DNA of 64,000 nucleotides from Draconibacterium sp. (lineage in GTDB: Bacteria > Bacteroidota > Bacteroidia > Bacteroidales > Prolixibacteraceae): assembly GCA_041546215.1 (NCBI GenBank), contig JBFEWU010000001.1, forward strand, positions 1,056-65,055, given 5' to 3'. The notes under the pieces are model-generated. The model was given only the letters and a program-made list of their open reading frames with translations, did no database searches and was not told the origin of the DNA. Below are positions 28,382 to 37,922 of the stretch, one piece after another. A program made the position numbers and the translations under genes. Numbering within the stretch: position 1 is the stretch's first letter; the number at the start of each line of letters is the position of its first letter.

Positions 28382-30167
28382 CCAGGGTAAACAAAAACTC
28401 AATTCCTCCATCAGGTTTGTTGCGGGCCGAAATTTCTCCTTTGTGTAAATGAATGGCATTTTTTACGATTGAAAGCCCCAAACCCGTTCCCCCTGATTCG
28501 CGGGTTCGGCCCGAGTCGATGCGGTAAAAACGCTCGAAAATACGATTCAGATGCTCTTCAGGTATACCAATCCCGGTATCGGAGTAACTGAAATAATGAT
28601 ACTTTTTATCTTCGAGATAATTCCTGATTTCAATTTTAATGTTTTCTCCGGCGTACTTTATGGAGTTCTCAATCAGGTTTTGGAAAACCGATGATAACAA
28701 GGAATCGTTTCCATTTACAACAAGCCCGGCATCAACATTCAATATGCACCTGATGCTTTTATCGGCCAGGCGGCTTTCCAGGTTTTCAATTACATCTGAA
28801 ATGATGCTTTTCACTTTAAGCGTTTTAATCTCAAACAATTCGCCGGCATCTTCAATGTTATTCAACAGGGAAATATCGTTGAGCAACAAGGTTAAACGCT
28901 CGGCCTGCAGGCTTGCACGTTCGATAAAATAATGCTGCTTTTCCTTGTCGATATCAGGATTCGACATCAGGGTTTCAATATACCCTTTAATCGATGCGAG
29001 TGGTGTTTTTAACTCGTGCGCAATGTTCGAGGTCAGTTGCTGTTTTAATAAACGCCGTTTTTCGGGCTTTGTAATATCGGTAATCAAAATCTCGAAACTC
29101 TTATCGGCGAAAACAATACAAAGCAGTTTAAAGTAACTGTCGTTTTTGTGGAAGGTGAATTCTGTTTGAGGAAGCTCGTTGCTCTGAAATTCCCTTTGGC
29201 TATGGAGGTGTTCATCGAGAAAGGTATTGATCTTCTCAAATTCGGGAATAGCGAAAAAGTTTTCGGCGGCAATGGTCGATGTATCCGAAATCATGCTTAC
29301 GTACTGGACAAAGTGACTATTCACCAACATTTTTTCTTTATTGGGATAAAATAATCCGATGCCTTCATTCAGAATGTTCATGTGGTTTGCCAGGCGGTCT
29401 TTTTCCATGGCGATGGAGTTTTTAGCCTCGTGAAGTTTATTGTAAATTTTCACGATCTGTGATCCGATTTCACCCAGTTCATTGTCGGGAAACATTTCTT
29501 CTTCATCGTATATGGGTTCATTGCGTCCGGCTTTAATGGCAAAGTCTTTCAACTTGGTAATCGATATGGAAAGCCGTTTTGTAAGCACATTGATAACCAG
29601 CCAAATCACTAAAAAAATGGCTATAATAAAAAAGATGAACATGCGTTCGGCTTTCAGAAAGTTTTCCACCTCAACATCGTAAACCATTGCGGCACGTACA
29701 AAATATTTGTCGTAGTTTTTTGCGTAGTAATAAAAATCTTTCCCGGTGGTTTCCGAATGACGGATATTTGCCCCCTCGACAGAATAAAGCGCCTTTTGCA
29801 CCTCGGGGCGGTCGAAATGGTTTTCCATCTTTTTGTAGTCGGGCACAAAACTGTCGAACAAAACCACACCTTTTTTATCGATAACCGTCACGCGGATATT
29901 GTCTTGCGGAACCAGTGCCCTTAGCACGTCGGCACGCCTGAAATCGGCAGAATCCATTAAATTGTAATACCCGATGTAATTATTGGCAACTTCAGTTACA
30001 TCTTTCAGTGTATTTTCGAGCTGCGAAGTTTTGTAATTCTTTTCGCGCTTCAACTGAAACAACAATATGGCTACAGTAAACGATAAAAATACGGCAATAA
30101 AATAGTAGAATATTTTCCGTCTGAAAGTTCTTTCTAATGGCACTTTATCTGTTTTAATTGTTTTCAA
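28371..30167 (-). CDS. Sensor histidine kinase, PhoR-like
   Basis: 2 TM with periplasmic domain, H-box AHELKTP, N-box NLIENSIKY, G boxes DTGIGI and GGTGLGL; TTG start. Confidence 0.93.
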   Translation of the reverse strand: MKTIKTDKVPLERTFRRKIFYYFIAVFLSFTVAILLFQLKREKNYKTSQLENTLKDVTEVANNYIGYYNLMDSADFRRADVLRALVPQDNIRVTVIDKKGVVLFDSFVPDYKKMENHFDRPEVQKALYSVEGANIRHSETTGKDFYYYAKNYDKYFVRAAMVYDVEVENFLKAERMFIFFIIAIFLVIWLVINVLTKRLSISITKLKDFAIKAGRNEPIYDEEEMFPDNELGEIGSQIVKIYNKLHEAKNSIAMEKDRLANHMNILNEGIGLFYPNKEKMLVNSHFVQYVSMISDTSTIAAENFFAIPEFEKINTFLDEHLHSQREFQSNELPQTEFTFHKNDSYFKLLCIVFADKSFEILITDITKPEKRRLLKQQLTSNIAHELKTPLASIKGYIETLMSNPDIDKEKQHYFIERASLQAERLTLLLNDISLLNNIEDAGELFEIKTLKVKSIISDVIENLESRLADKSIRCILNVDAGLVVNGNDSLLSSVFQNLIENSIKYAGENIKIEIRNYLEDKKYHYFSYSDTGIGIPEEHLNRIFERFYRIDSGRTRESGGTGLGLSIVKNAIHLHKGEISARNKPDGGIEFLFTLAKN

Positions 30168-30181
30168 GAATTTCTTATTGC

Positions 30182-30257
30182 TGTTATTGCGAAGAACTGT
30201 GCGACAAAGAAATCTCTTTGTTCCATGGATTTCTCCCCTGAGATCGTCGAAATAACA
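30182..30257. repeat. Pair of inverted degenerate REP-like elements
   Basis: TGTTATTGCGA...GAAATC on + (30182-30215) and TGTTATTTCGA...GAAATC on - (30227-30257). Confidence 0.55.
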
Positions 30258-30267
30258 AGTCTGTTAT

Positions 30268-30948
30268 TTATCCTTTAAAGGCATAACCATAACCCGACTT
30301 CCCTTTTATATATATTCCGTAGCCACCTATTTTCTTTCGTAAACGGGCGATGTTAACATCCACATTGCGCTCGGTAACAATTACATCGTCGTTCCATACG
30401 CGGTCAAGAATTTCTTCGCGCCCAATGTATTGTCCCTGGTGTTTTAGCAGCAAGGCAATAATCTCAAACTCTTTTCGGGTGAGGCTGATCTGTTCTTCGT
30501 CAATAGAAATTGTTTTGCCGTTCACATCCACTTCAAGCCCTTCGTAACGAAATACTTTTGCCGGGCCCGCTTCCGCTTTTCCCCTTTTTAATACGGCTTT
30601 AATACGGGCAACCACTTCTTTAATAGAAAATGGTTTTGAAATATAATCGTCGCCACCCACATTAAATCCTGTAAGAATATCGTTTTCTGCCGTCCTGGCT
30701 GTCATAAAAATAATGGGTACCGGGAGCTGCATTTCCTTCCTGATTTTTGCTGCCATTTTATAGCCCGACATTTCTCCCATCATCACATCCAACAGAATCA
30801 GGTCGTAATCATCGATTGGGAGTTTTAATGCCTGTTCAGCCGAATGGGCAACGTCGGTTTCAAAGCCCTCGCTCGAAAGGTTAAACTCTAATATTTCGCA
30901 TAAATCCTGCTCGTCGTCCACAATTAATACTTTCGGAATTGTTCCCAT
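30268..30948 (-). CDS. OmpR/PhoB-family response regulator
   Basis: VDDE, LLDVMM phospho-Asp, KPFS, wHTH with VDVNIARLRKK. Confidence 0.95.
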   Translation of the reverse strand: MGTIPKVLIVDDEQDLCEILEFNLSSEGFETDVAHSAEQALKLPIDDYDLILLDVMMGEMSGYKMAAKIRKEMQLPVPIIFMTARTAENDILTGFNVGGDDYISKPFSIKEVVARIKAVLKRGKAEAGPAKVFRYEGLEVDVNGKTISIDEEQISLTRKEFEIIALLLKHQGQYIGREEILDRVWNDDVIVTERNVDVNIARLRKKIGGYGIYIKGKSGYGYAFKG

Positions 30949-30992
30949 ACGAATGAGTTTAAAGTTTAAAGTTTAGTGCCATTTTACTCCAC

Positions 30993-31121
30993 TTATCTGG
31001 CCTGCCTGAAATCTTTCCCTTCAATGGAATAAATAGCAGCTTCTGCATTATTCGTAGCATGAATGGCTATGGGTGCAATATTTGTGACCATGCTGTTCAT
31101 ATTGATAAAATTAGTCAGCAT
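30993..31121 (-). pseudogene. phoU: C-terminal remnant of phoU
   Basis: MLTNFINMNSMVTNIAPIAIHATNNAEAAIYSIEGKDFRQAR* resembles the PhoU terminal motif ERI.DHATNIAE..IY..EG.D.R; sits just upstream of the response regulator. Confidence 0.6.
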
Positions 31122-31269
31122 TTCTTTATTCTCGTCATTAATATCACTCTTTTTTCCGCTTTTTTCAACATTTGATAATTAACGCGAGGGGAATACTGGC
31201 TAAACATAGCCGAAGTTGAATCGTACATTCTGAATCGCCAGTACTGATTTAGAAGAATCAATAACAAAA

Positions 31270-31301
31270 ACATTAAAACTGCCAAGATAAACTGGCAGTT
31301 T
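31270..31301 (-). terminator. Possible terminator or stem-loop after the porin
   Basis: aaactgcca/tggcagttt stem, T-rich tail on minus strand. Confidence 0.5.
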
Positions 31302-31392
31302 ACAACGAAAGCATGACGGATAAAACTAAAAAAAAACTTCATCCGCAAATATTAACCTGACGTGCCGCTGGTTTTCTGTTTTCTGAATATTG

Positions 31393-32382
31393 TTAAAACT
31401 TGAGTTCAGCGTTTAAATAGAGATAAGTTATGTTTTCTGCATCTACTCTATCCGGATTAAAAAATCGGATATTTGGTGTAATTTTCACTCCTTTTACGGG
31501 TGAATATTCAACACCTGCCAGGATCAACTGGCCGTCGTTATTGATGTTCCAGGGTAGCGTCTCTCCATCCAGCTCTTCTGAATTCAAATCGTCGTAACGG
31601 CCAAAAATTTTCCAATTACTTTTTGGTTTATACCAGGCATAGAAGGAAGTACCGTATTGGTTTTGCCCCTCAACCATTTTATAATTTGATTGGTGGTTAT
31701 ACTCACCTGCCAGCGTAAGTTTTCCATTACTGTATGCCACTAATGTTGCCAGCGACTTTTGTTTTACATTATCACCGGATTGATCAATAAATACCCGTGC
31801 AACAACATTTTCTACCGGATTAATTGTCGTTCCAATTCCGTAACGAAGCAGGTCGTCGCCTTGAATTTTTTTGTAGCCCTCTCCATTTATCACTGAAAAG
31901 TCGGCACTAATAAAATCTGCAAATTTGTAATCGACATTCACACCAAGGTCGGCGCTTGAGTTGAATTTATACTCGTCCTGGTACGATTTCATCATGTAAC
32001 GGTTTCCCCAAAGTTTTTCAGAAACCTTAAACTGGGTTGTTGAAATCATACCGAAATAGGCTTTCAGATTATCCTTTTTGTATTGCAGATAAGCATTTTT
32101 CAGAAAGGCCGATAACTCATGGCCGGCACCATCTTTAGGATTACCAACATCAAAAACCACTTTTGCATAAAAGTTTTCGCTGAAATTATACTCATAACCC
32201 AGATAAGCACGCGTATTTTCAAACTCAGGAGCCGTTTCTCCATCACTGGATGCGGTATGAAAATTTGTGAATATTAAAGCAAGTGGTTTTCCATTTGGTT
32301 TATACTCTTCATTCGATTCCTGGCTAAAACCTGTCATTACAATTCCTAGAATCATAAAGAACAGAATTGATGTTTTTTTCAT
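31393..32382 (-). CDS. Outer-membrane porin (OprO/OprP-like or related)
   Basis: Signal peptide, RAYLGYEY, LKNAYLQY, C-terminal aromatic strand ELKF; located in the phosphate locus. Confidence 0.75.
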   Translation of the reverse strand: MKKTSILFFMILGIVMTGFSQESNEEYKPNGKPLALIFTNFHTASSDGETAPEFENTRAYLGYEYNFSENFYAKVVFDVGNPKDGAGHELSAFLKNAYLQYKKDNLKAYFGMISTTQFKVSEKLWGNRYMMKSYQDEYKFNSSADLGVNVDYKFADFISADFSVINGEGYKKIQGDDLLRYGIGTTINPVENVVARVFIDQSGDNVKQKSLATLVAYSNGKLTLAGEYNHQSNYKMVEGQNQYGTSFYAWYKPKSNWKIFGRYDDLNSEELDGETLPWNINNDGQLILAGVEYSPVKGVKITPNIRFFNPDRVDAENITYLYLNAELKF

Positions 32383-32538
32383 CTGTTTATAATTGTTTAT
32401 TTTTTAGGGTAATCCGCCAGCTGGCGGAGAAACTCCCATGATTCTAATCATTCGCGTTTGTGTGATCCGCCGGCTGGCAGATTCTCATGGTCGTTTCATT
32501 ATTACTTAAGATTGTATTTTTTGTCTTTTTTCTGGTAG

Positions 32539-32602
32539 CAAAAGTGACGCATTGCTATTACACGCAAATTACAATTTTATTACAAAACGATTAAATTATT
32601 AC
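32539..32602 (-). promoter_or_regulatory. Porin promoter: -7 element plus 11-bp-period direct repeats (Pho-box-like)
   Basis: CACTTTTG (32539-32546, minus); TTAC/TTAA on + at 32558, 32569, 32580, 32591, 32599. Confidence 0.7.
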
Positions 32603-32674
32603 ACCCCCTATTCATAAACGCCTGAAAAATAACTCATAAAAAACGCTTTTCTTCCATTCCAAATGGCTGGCATG

Positions 32675-32710
32675 AAAAAGCCGATCCGTCAGATGACGGA
32701 CCGGCTTTTT
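32675..32710 (-). terminator. Terminator of PiT paralog 1 containing a 16-bp near-palindrome
   Basis: aaaaagccga-tccgtcagatgacgga-ccggcttttt. Confidence 0.8.
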
Positions 32711-32733
32711 CAAATCGTAAATTCAACTATCTA

Positions 32734-34998
32734 TTAATTCCTTGTATTCATTATAAAATCCCGTTCCGATTTTACCAGGTTGATGGCATGCAACAGCAGG
32801 TCTTCAACCTCGGCATTTATTTTAAAGAACAGTTGCGAGTTACGTGTATTTACCATTTGTTGCTTTACGCGTTTAAACTGGTTTTTCTCACTTTTTCGCA
32901 ATACTTCAATAATCGAATCTTTTTCTGTGATCAGATTGTCCAGATCATCAAAACTTTCATTTTTAACGGTTGCCAACACATCTCTCAGAAATTTATCCAC
33001 CAATTTTACCATATTGGTCAATTCTTCAGCCTGCTCTACGGTAAATGGTTTATGATTGTTCTCCACATGTGTAATCATTGGTTCGAGCATGAAGTGAACG
33101 GAGTGTGCCATTTCGCGTTTATGCTCTATCATTTGCACATAAAAGTGAGTGGTTTCTGCCGAACTGTCCATTAGTTTCTGAGCAACTTTAAACACCCTGT
33201 CTTTATTTCGCTTGGCCTTTTTCGAAAGTATTTTACATGCCTCTTCTGCCTTTCTCAACCCGGCACGATCTTCTTTTAAGAAGCTTTCCATACCCATGCT
33301 AAGAATATCCCGTGTATTTGACAAACCTTTTACAATTTGTCTGGCACTTTTAGTGATAATCACTTCTGTTGCATCCTCATCGTCAACAGCATCTTCCTCT
33401 TCGGCAACTTTATTTTCTGCACGTTTGCGGAATAAAATCTGGGTACGCACTACCATAAAAATGGCCACAGCAACAAAAACAAACACCATATATTTTCCAC
33501 TGATCGAAATAATTAATGCTATTGTTCCTGCAACTGAGAAGGCAATTAAAGCGGTTAGGAACCAGCCTCCAATTACAGCAAATACACCCGATATGCGGTA
33601 AACAGCACTTTCGCGGTCCCAGGCACGATCGCTCAAGGATGTACCCATAGCCACCATAAAGGTTACATATGTTGTCGATAATGGTAGTTTCAAAGAAGTA
33701 CCAATGGCAATAAGAATACTGGCAACCACCAGATTAACCGATGCTCGAATTTTATCGAATGCCGGGGCTTCGGTATCATCGCTGTAATATGAAAACTTTT
33801 CAAAACGTTTTTGTACACTTCGACTAAGCGGAGCCGGCATGAAGTGCAATAATTTTTTATTGAAATTACTTACACCACGTACCATCATACGCGCTGCCAA
33901 CGAAGAACCAAATCGTTCATCAACAGCATCCTGGCGTCCCAGATTAATTTCGGTTTCGGTTACTGCACGTGCCTTTTTCGATAGTATTAAAGTAATGACC
34001 ATTACCAACCCGGAAATGAGGAGCATATAAACTGGAGTAGTACTCTTGCCTGCAAGATTAGTCATCGAAAACTGATCGGGAGAAACTCCTCCTGATGCCA
34101 CCCAGTCTTTAAACGAGGCAAAACCCGCAACCGGAACACCAATAAAGTTAACCAGGTCGTTACCGGCAAAAGCCATGGCCAGGGCAAAGGTTCCCACCAT
34201 TACCACCACTTTCAGGATTTTTATTTTAAATACCCATTTTAGCAGTTGAATTAGCGCCACCCAAAAACCAAAGCTTATTAGCATCACCAATCCGGTGTTA
34301 TATTTAAACCATCCCTGTAAGGTTTCACCGCTGGCAATTTTAAGATCGGCAAACGACGAGCCTTTCATACCTTTTATAATGATAAAATAGGTAATTGCAG
34401 TAATGGCCAGTCCTCCAAAAACAGAACCGAAATATTTCATGGGTCCACGGTAACGGAAAGAGAAAATGAAACGTGTAATATACATGACCAGGGCTCCGAT
34501 ACTAAAGGCGATAAACACCGACAGCAGGATACCTGTAATAATGGCCAGGGCTTTCTCTGAATTGATATAATTCGAAATTTCAGCAGCTACCGACAAACCC
34601 ATTCCTTTTATTTTCACAACGGCAACGGCAACTGCCGATCCCAGCAGTTCGAACACAATCGACACCGTTGTCGATGTGGGCATTCCAAAGGTGTTAAACA
34701 AATCAAGCAAAATAACATCGGTAATCATCACCGCGAGAAATATGGTCATGATCTCGGCAAAGTAGAACTGGTCGGGATGAAATATCCCCTTACGTGCCAC
34801 TTCCATCATACCATTCGAAAAGGTTGCTCCAACCATCACTCCTAAACTGGCCATTAAAAAAATGGCCCATTTGGGAGCAGCTTTCGAACCAATTGCAGAG
34901 TTTAAAAAATTTACAGCATCATTGCTAACTCCAACGATTAAGTCGGAAATCGCAAGTGCAAATAAAACGACTACCAGAATCAGGTAAAAATTTTCCAT
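32734..34998 (-). CDS. PiT/PHO4-family inorganic phosphate transporter with C-terminal PhoU-like helical domain (paralog 1)
   Basis: PiT signatures GVSNDAVNFL and FAGNDLVNF, PLSTTY; about 230 aa soluble C-terminal domain. Confidence 0.9.
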   Translation of the reverse strand: MENFYLILVVVLFALAISDLIVGVSNDAVNFLNSAIGSKAAPKWAIFLMASLGVMVGATFSNGMMEVARKGIFHPDQFYFAEIMTIFLAVMITDVILLDLFNTFGMPTSTTVSIVFELLGSAVAVAVVKIKGMGLSVAAEISNYINSEKALAIITGILLSVFIAFSIGALVMYITRFIFSFRYRGPMKYFGSVFGGLAITAITYFIIIKGMKGSSFADLKIASGETLQGWFKYNTGLVMLISFGFWVALIQLLKWVFKIKILKVVVMVGTFALAMAFAGNDLVNFIGVPVAGFASFKDWVASGGVSPDQFSMTNLAGKSTTPVYMLLISGLVMVITLILSKKARAVTETEINLGRQDAVDERFGSSLAARMMVRGVSNFNKKLLHFMPAPLSRSVQKRFEKFSYYSDDTEAPAFDKIRASVNLVVASILIAIGTSLKLPLSTTYVTFMVAMGTSLSDRAWDRESAVYRISGVFAVIGGWFLTALIAFSVAGTIALIISISGKYMVFVFVAVAIFMVVRTQILFRKRAENKVAEEEDAVDDEDATEVIITKSARQIVKGLSNTRDILSMGMESFLKEDRAGLRKAEEACKILSKKAKRNKDRVFKVAQKLMDSSAETTHFYVQMIEHKREMAHSVHFMLEPMITHVENNHKPFTVEQAEELTNMVKLVDKFLRDVLATVKNESFDDLDNLITEKDSIIEVLRKSEKNQFKRVKQQMVNTRNSQLFFKINAEVEDLLLHAINLVKSERDFIMNTRN

Positions 34999-35080
34999 TG
35001 AATCAGATTATTAATTACGCGTAAATTAATGCATTGTAAGGTGTACAAACAACACAATCCCGCGTTTGTTTTTTCGGGAG

Positions 35081-35144
35081 CAAAAATGTTTTAAGCATGT
35101 TACATTTCAATTACACTTTTATTACGTTTTAATTACTTTATTAC
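35081..35144 (-). promoter_or_regulatory. PiT1 promoter: -7 element plus 11-bp-period direct repeats (Pho-box-like)
   Basis: CATTTTTG (35081-35088, minus); TTAC on + at 35100, 35111, 35122, 35133, 35141. Confidence 0.72.
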
Positions 35145-35333
35145 GGGAAGGCATTTACAAATCACTGACCACCTGTAATTTAAACAACCACATTCGCCAT
35201 ATCGTTGAATGATTGAGCAAAAGCGTTTGTAGTCCTGTTTTCAAAAATCTTCAAGAATCCCGGTAGTACACGAATGGTACCTGTTATTGAGTAAAAGGAG
35301 CGAATCCCGGAATCGCATACAAAATTGCTAAAC

Positions 35334-35370
35334 AAAAAAACCGATCTGTCAGATGACGGACCGGCTTTCA
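35334..35370 (-). terminator. Terminator of PiT paralog 2, near-copy of the PiT1 terminator
   Basis: aaaaaaaccga-tctgtcagatgacgga-ccggctttc. Confidence 0.7.
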
Positions 35371-35388
35371 ATATCCTGGTAAATCGAT

Positions 35389-37656
35389 TTATTTCGACTG
35401 CCTGGTGTAAGTTATAAAGTCGCGTTGTGCTTTCACCAGGTTAACGGTATGAAGCAGCAAGTGTTCAACCTCAGAGATTATTTTAAAGAACAACTGCGAA
35501 TTTCGCGTATTGACGGCTTTGTGCTTGATCCTTTTGATCTGGTTCTTTTCAAGTTTATGCAGGCGATCCAGCAATTTATCGCGTTCTGAAATCAGATTAT
35601 CCAGTTCGTCAAAGTTTTCTTCCTTAACGGCATGCAGTACATAATTGTGGAAGGTATCACTTTGGCTCATTAAATCGGTCAACTCTTCTACCTGCTCAGC
35701 ATTAAAGGGTTTGTGATTGTTTTCAATATGCGTAATCATGGGTTGAAGCATAAAGTGCACAGCATGTGCCATTTCACGTTTATGCTCCATCATTTGCACA
35801 TAATAATGACTGGTATCCAAAGTTCCATCTGTCAATTTTGTGACCGTTGAATAAACCCTGTCTCTGTTACGCTTCGCTTTTTTCGAAAAAGTCTCGCACA
35901 GCTCCTGAACCTTTTTCAAGCCGTTTCTATCTTCCTTCAGGAAATTTTCAAGCCCTAACATGACAATTTGGTTTGAAGACACCACAGCACGAATCATTTG
36001 TTTCGAACTTTTCTCAAGAATCTGATCATAAGCATCTTCATCTGCGATATCCTCATCTTCGTCTTCTATTATATTACGTTTCTTATGCAGCGCATGCGTA
36101 CGAAATACCATAAATAAAGCAATCGCCACAAAAACAAAAGTCATGTATTTTCCACCCAGTGAAATTACCAGGGCAACAAGTCCGGCCACAGAAAATGCAA
36201 CAAGTGCAGTTAAAAACCAGCCGCCTATTACAGCAAATACACCTGAAATACGGTAAACTGCACTTTCACGATCCCATGCTCTATCCGACAATGAGGTACC
36301 CATGGCTACCATGAATGTAACATAGGTAGTTGATAAAGGTAATTTTAACGAAGTTCCTATGGCAATAAGTATACTCGCCACAACCAGGTTCACCGATGCA
36401 CGAATCTTATCGAACGCAGGAGGATTTGGATCATCTTCGTTGATATAAGAATGCGCTGAAAACCTGGACTGAATACCATTACTCATGGCATTTGGCATAA
36501 TTTTTACCAGCTTTTTATTGAAATTAGTCGCACCACGCACCATTACTCTGGCTCCGAACGAAGAACCAAACCGCTCGTCACCTTCATTTTGGCGCGAAAG
36601 ATCGATTGAAGTTGCAATAACTGCCTTTGCTTTTTTCGACAGAATCAAGGTAATAATCATGACCAAACCGGCAATTAAAAGCATATAAGTTGGCGTGCCC
36701 ACTTTCCCGCTAAGCATGCCCATTGAAAAGGCATCGGGATTTGTTGCTCCCTCGGCCATCCACCCCTGGAACGAATTGAAACCAGCCAATGGCACACCAA
36801 TAAAATTGACAAGGTCGTTACCGGCAAAAGCCATGGCAAGTGCGAAGGTTCCAACCAATACAACAACTTTTAAGATTTTTATTTTGAATACCCATTTCAG
36901 GAGCTGAATAAATACAATCCAGAAAATTAAGCTGTAAATCAGAACCAGCCCGGCATTGTGCTTGAACCATTCCTGGATGGTTTCGCCGTTGCTCATTTCA
37001 ATATCGGCAAACGACGATCCTTTCATTCCTTTAATAAAAATAAAGTAGGTGATAGCGGTAATTGCCAATCCTCCAAAAGCTGAACCAAAATATTTCATGT
37101 TTCGGCGATAATTGAAGGTAAAAATAAATCGTGCAATGTACTGTACAATTGCCCCTACCGTAAAGGCAACAAACACCGACAGCAATATTCCGAATATGAT
37201 GGCCAGTGCCTTACTGGAGTTGATATATTGTGACAACTCCATAACAACTGAACCACCAGCAGCCTTAATCTTTACAATGGACACAACCACCGCTGAGCCA
37301 AGCAATTCAAACACTATTGAAACCGTGGTAGATGTTGGCATTCCGAAAGTATTGAACATGTCAAGCAGAATTACATCGGTAATCATAACTGCCATGAAAA
37401 TGATCATGATCTCGGAAAAGACAAACATGTCGGGATGAAAGATTCCTTTACGGGCCACTTCCATCATACCGTTCGAAAAGGTGGCGCCAATTAACACACC
37501 TAAACTGGCCATCAAAAAGATAACCCATTTAGGAGCAGCTTTTGAACCAATTGCCGAATTAAGGAAGTTAACGGCATCGTTACTCACTCCAACAATAAGG
37601 TCCGATATGGCCAGAGCAAACAAGACAACTACTAAAATCAAGTAAAAATTTTCCAT
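35389..37656 (-). CDS. PiT/PHO4-family phosphate transporter (paralog 2)
   Basis: First 44 aa identical to paralog 1, same motifs and almost the same length (755 vs 754 aa). Confidence 0.9.
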   Translation of the reverse strand: MENFYLILVVVLFALAISDLIVGVSNDAVNFLNSAIGSKAAPKWVIFLMASLGVLIGATFSNGMMEVARKGIFHPDMFVFSEIMIIFMAVMITDVILLDMFNTFGMPTSTTVSIVFELLGSAVVVSIVKIKAAGGSVVMELSQYINSSKALAIIFGILLSVFVAFTVGAIVQYIARFIFTFNYRRNMKYFGSAFGGLAITAITYFIFIKGMKGSSFADIEMSNGETIQEWFKHNAGLVLIYSLIFWIVFIQLLKWVFKIKILKVVVLVGTFALAMAFAGNDLVNFIGVPLAGFNSFQGWMAEGATNPDAFSMGMLSGKVGTPTYMLLIAGLVMIITLILSKKAKAVIATSIDLSRQNEGDERFGSSFGARVMVRGATNFNKKLVKIMPNAMSNGIQSRFSAHSYINEDDPNPPAFDKIRASVNLVVASILIAIGTSLKLPLSTTYVTFMVAMGTSLSDRAWDRESAVYRISGVFAVIGGWFLTALVAFSVAGLVALVISLGGKYMTFVFVAIALFMVFRTHALHKKRNIIEDEDEDIADEDAYDQILEKSSKQMIRAVVSSNQIVMLGLENFLKEDRNGLKKVQELCETFSKKAKRNRDRVYSTVTKLTDGTLDTSHYYVQMMEHKREMAHAVHFMLQPMITHIENNHKPFNAEQVEELTDLMSQSDTFHNYVLHAVKEENFDELDNLISERDKLLDRLHKLEKNQIKRIKHKAVNTRNSQLFFKIISEVEHLLLHTVNLVKAQRDFITYTRQSK

Positions 37657-37681
37657 TTATTTAGTTTTAAATCAAGGGCAG

Positions 37682-37689
37682 CAAATATA
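37682..37689 (-). promoter_or_regulatory. -7 element for PiT2
   Basis: TATATTTG on minus strand, 26 nt upstream of the ATG. Confidence 0.65.
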
Positions 37690-37796
37690 TGCGCTTAGCA
37701 GTACGTTTAATCGTGTTGTAATATTACGAAAATATTAATTAACCGTAAAATTACTGTTAATCAGCATCTAGCGGATTTTTTATACTTTTGCGCAAA

Positions 37797-37857
37797 TTGC
37801 TCTTTGTTCTTTGTTCTTTGCTCCTTGCTCCTTGTTCTTTGTTCTTTGTTCTTTGTT
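37797..37857 (+). repeat. Tandem heptamer array TTG(T/C)TC(T/C), about 8.7 copies
   Basis: ttgctct ttgttct ttgttct ttgctcc ttgctcc ttgttct ttgttct ttgttct ttgtt, right after the -7 element TACTTTTG (37783-37790). Confidence 0.95.
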
Positions 37858-37922
37858 AAAATAAAGTAGCTGCAAAAGATTGCAGAATTTTAAACCAAAA
37901 ACCAGATAATAAAATTTTAACC

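Noticed and set aside
31115-31348. 77-aa hydrophobic ORF after the porin
   Set aside because: Spans a terminator-like hairpin and a poly-T run and has no PstS or other recognisable similarity; more likely decayed intergenic DNA
35150-35333. Two GAATCCCGG words between the PiT paralogs
   Set aside because: Only two 9-bp copies; not a CRISPR or repeat array and no coding signal
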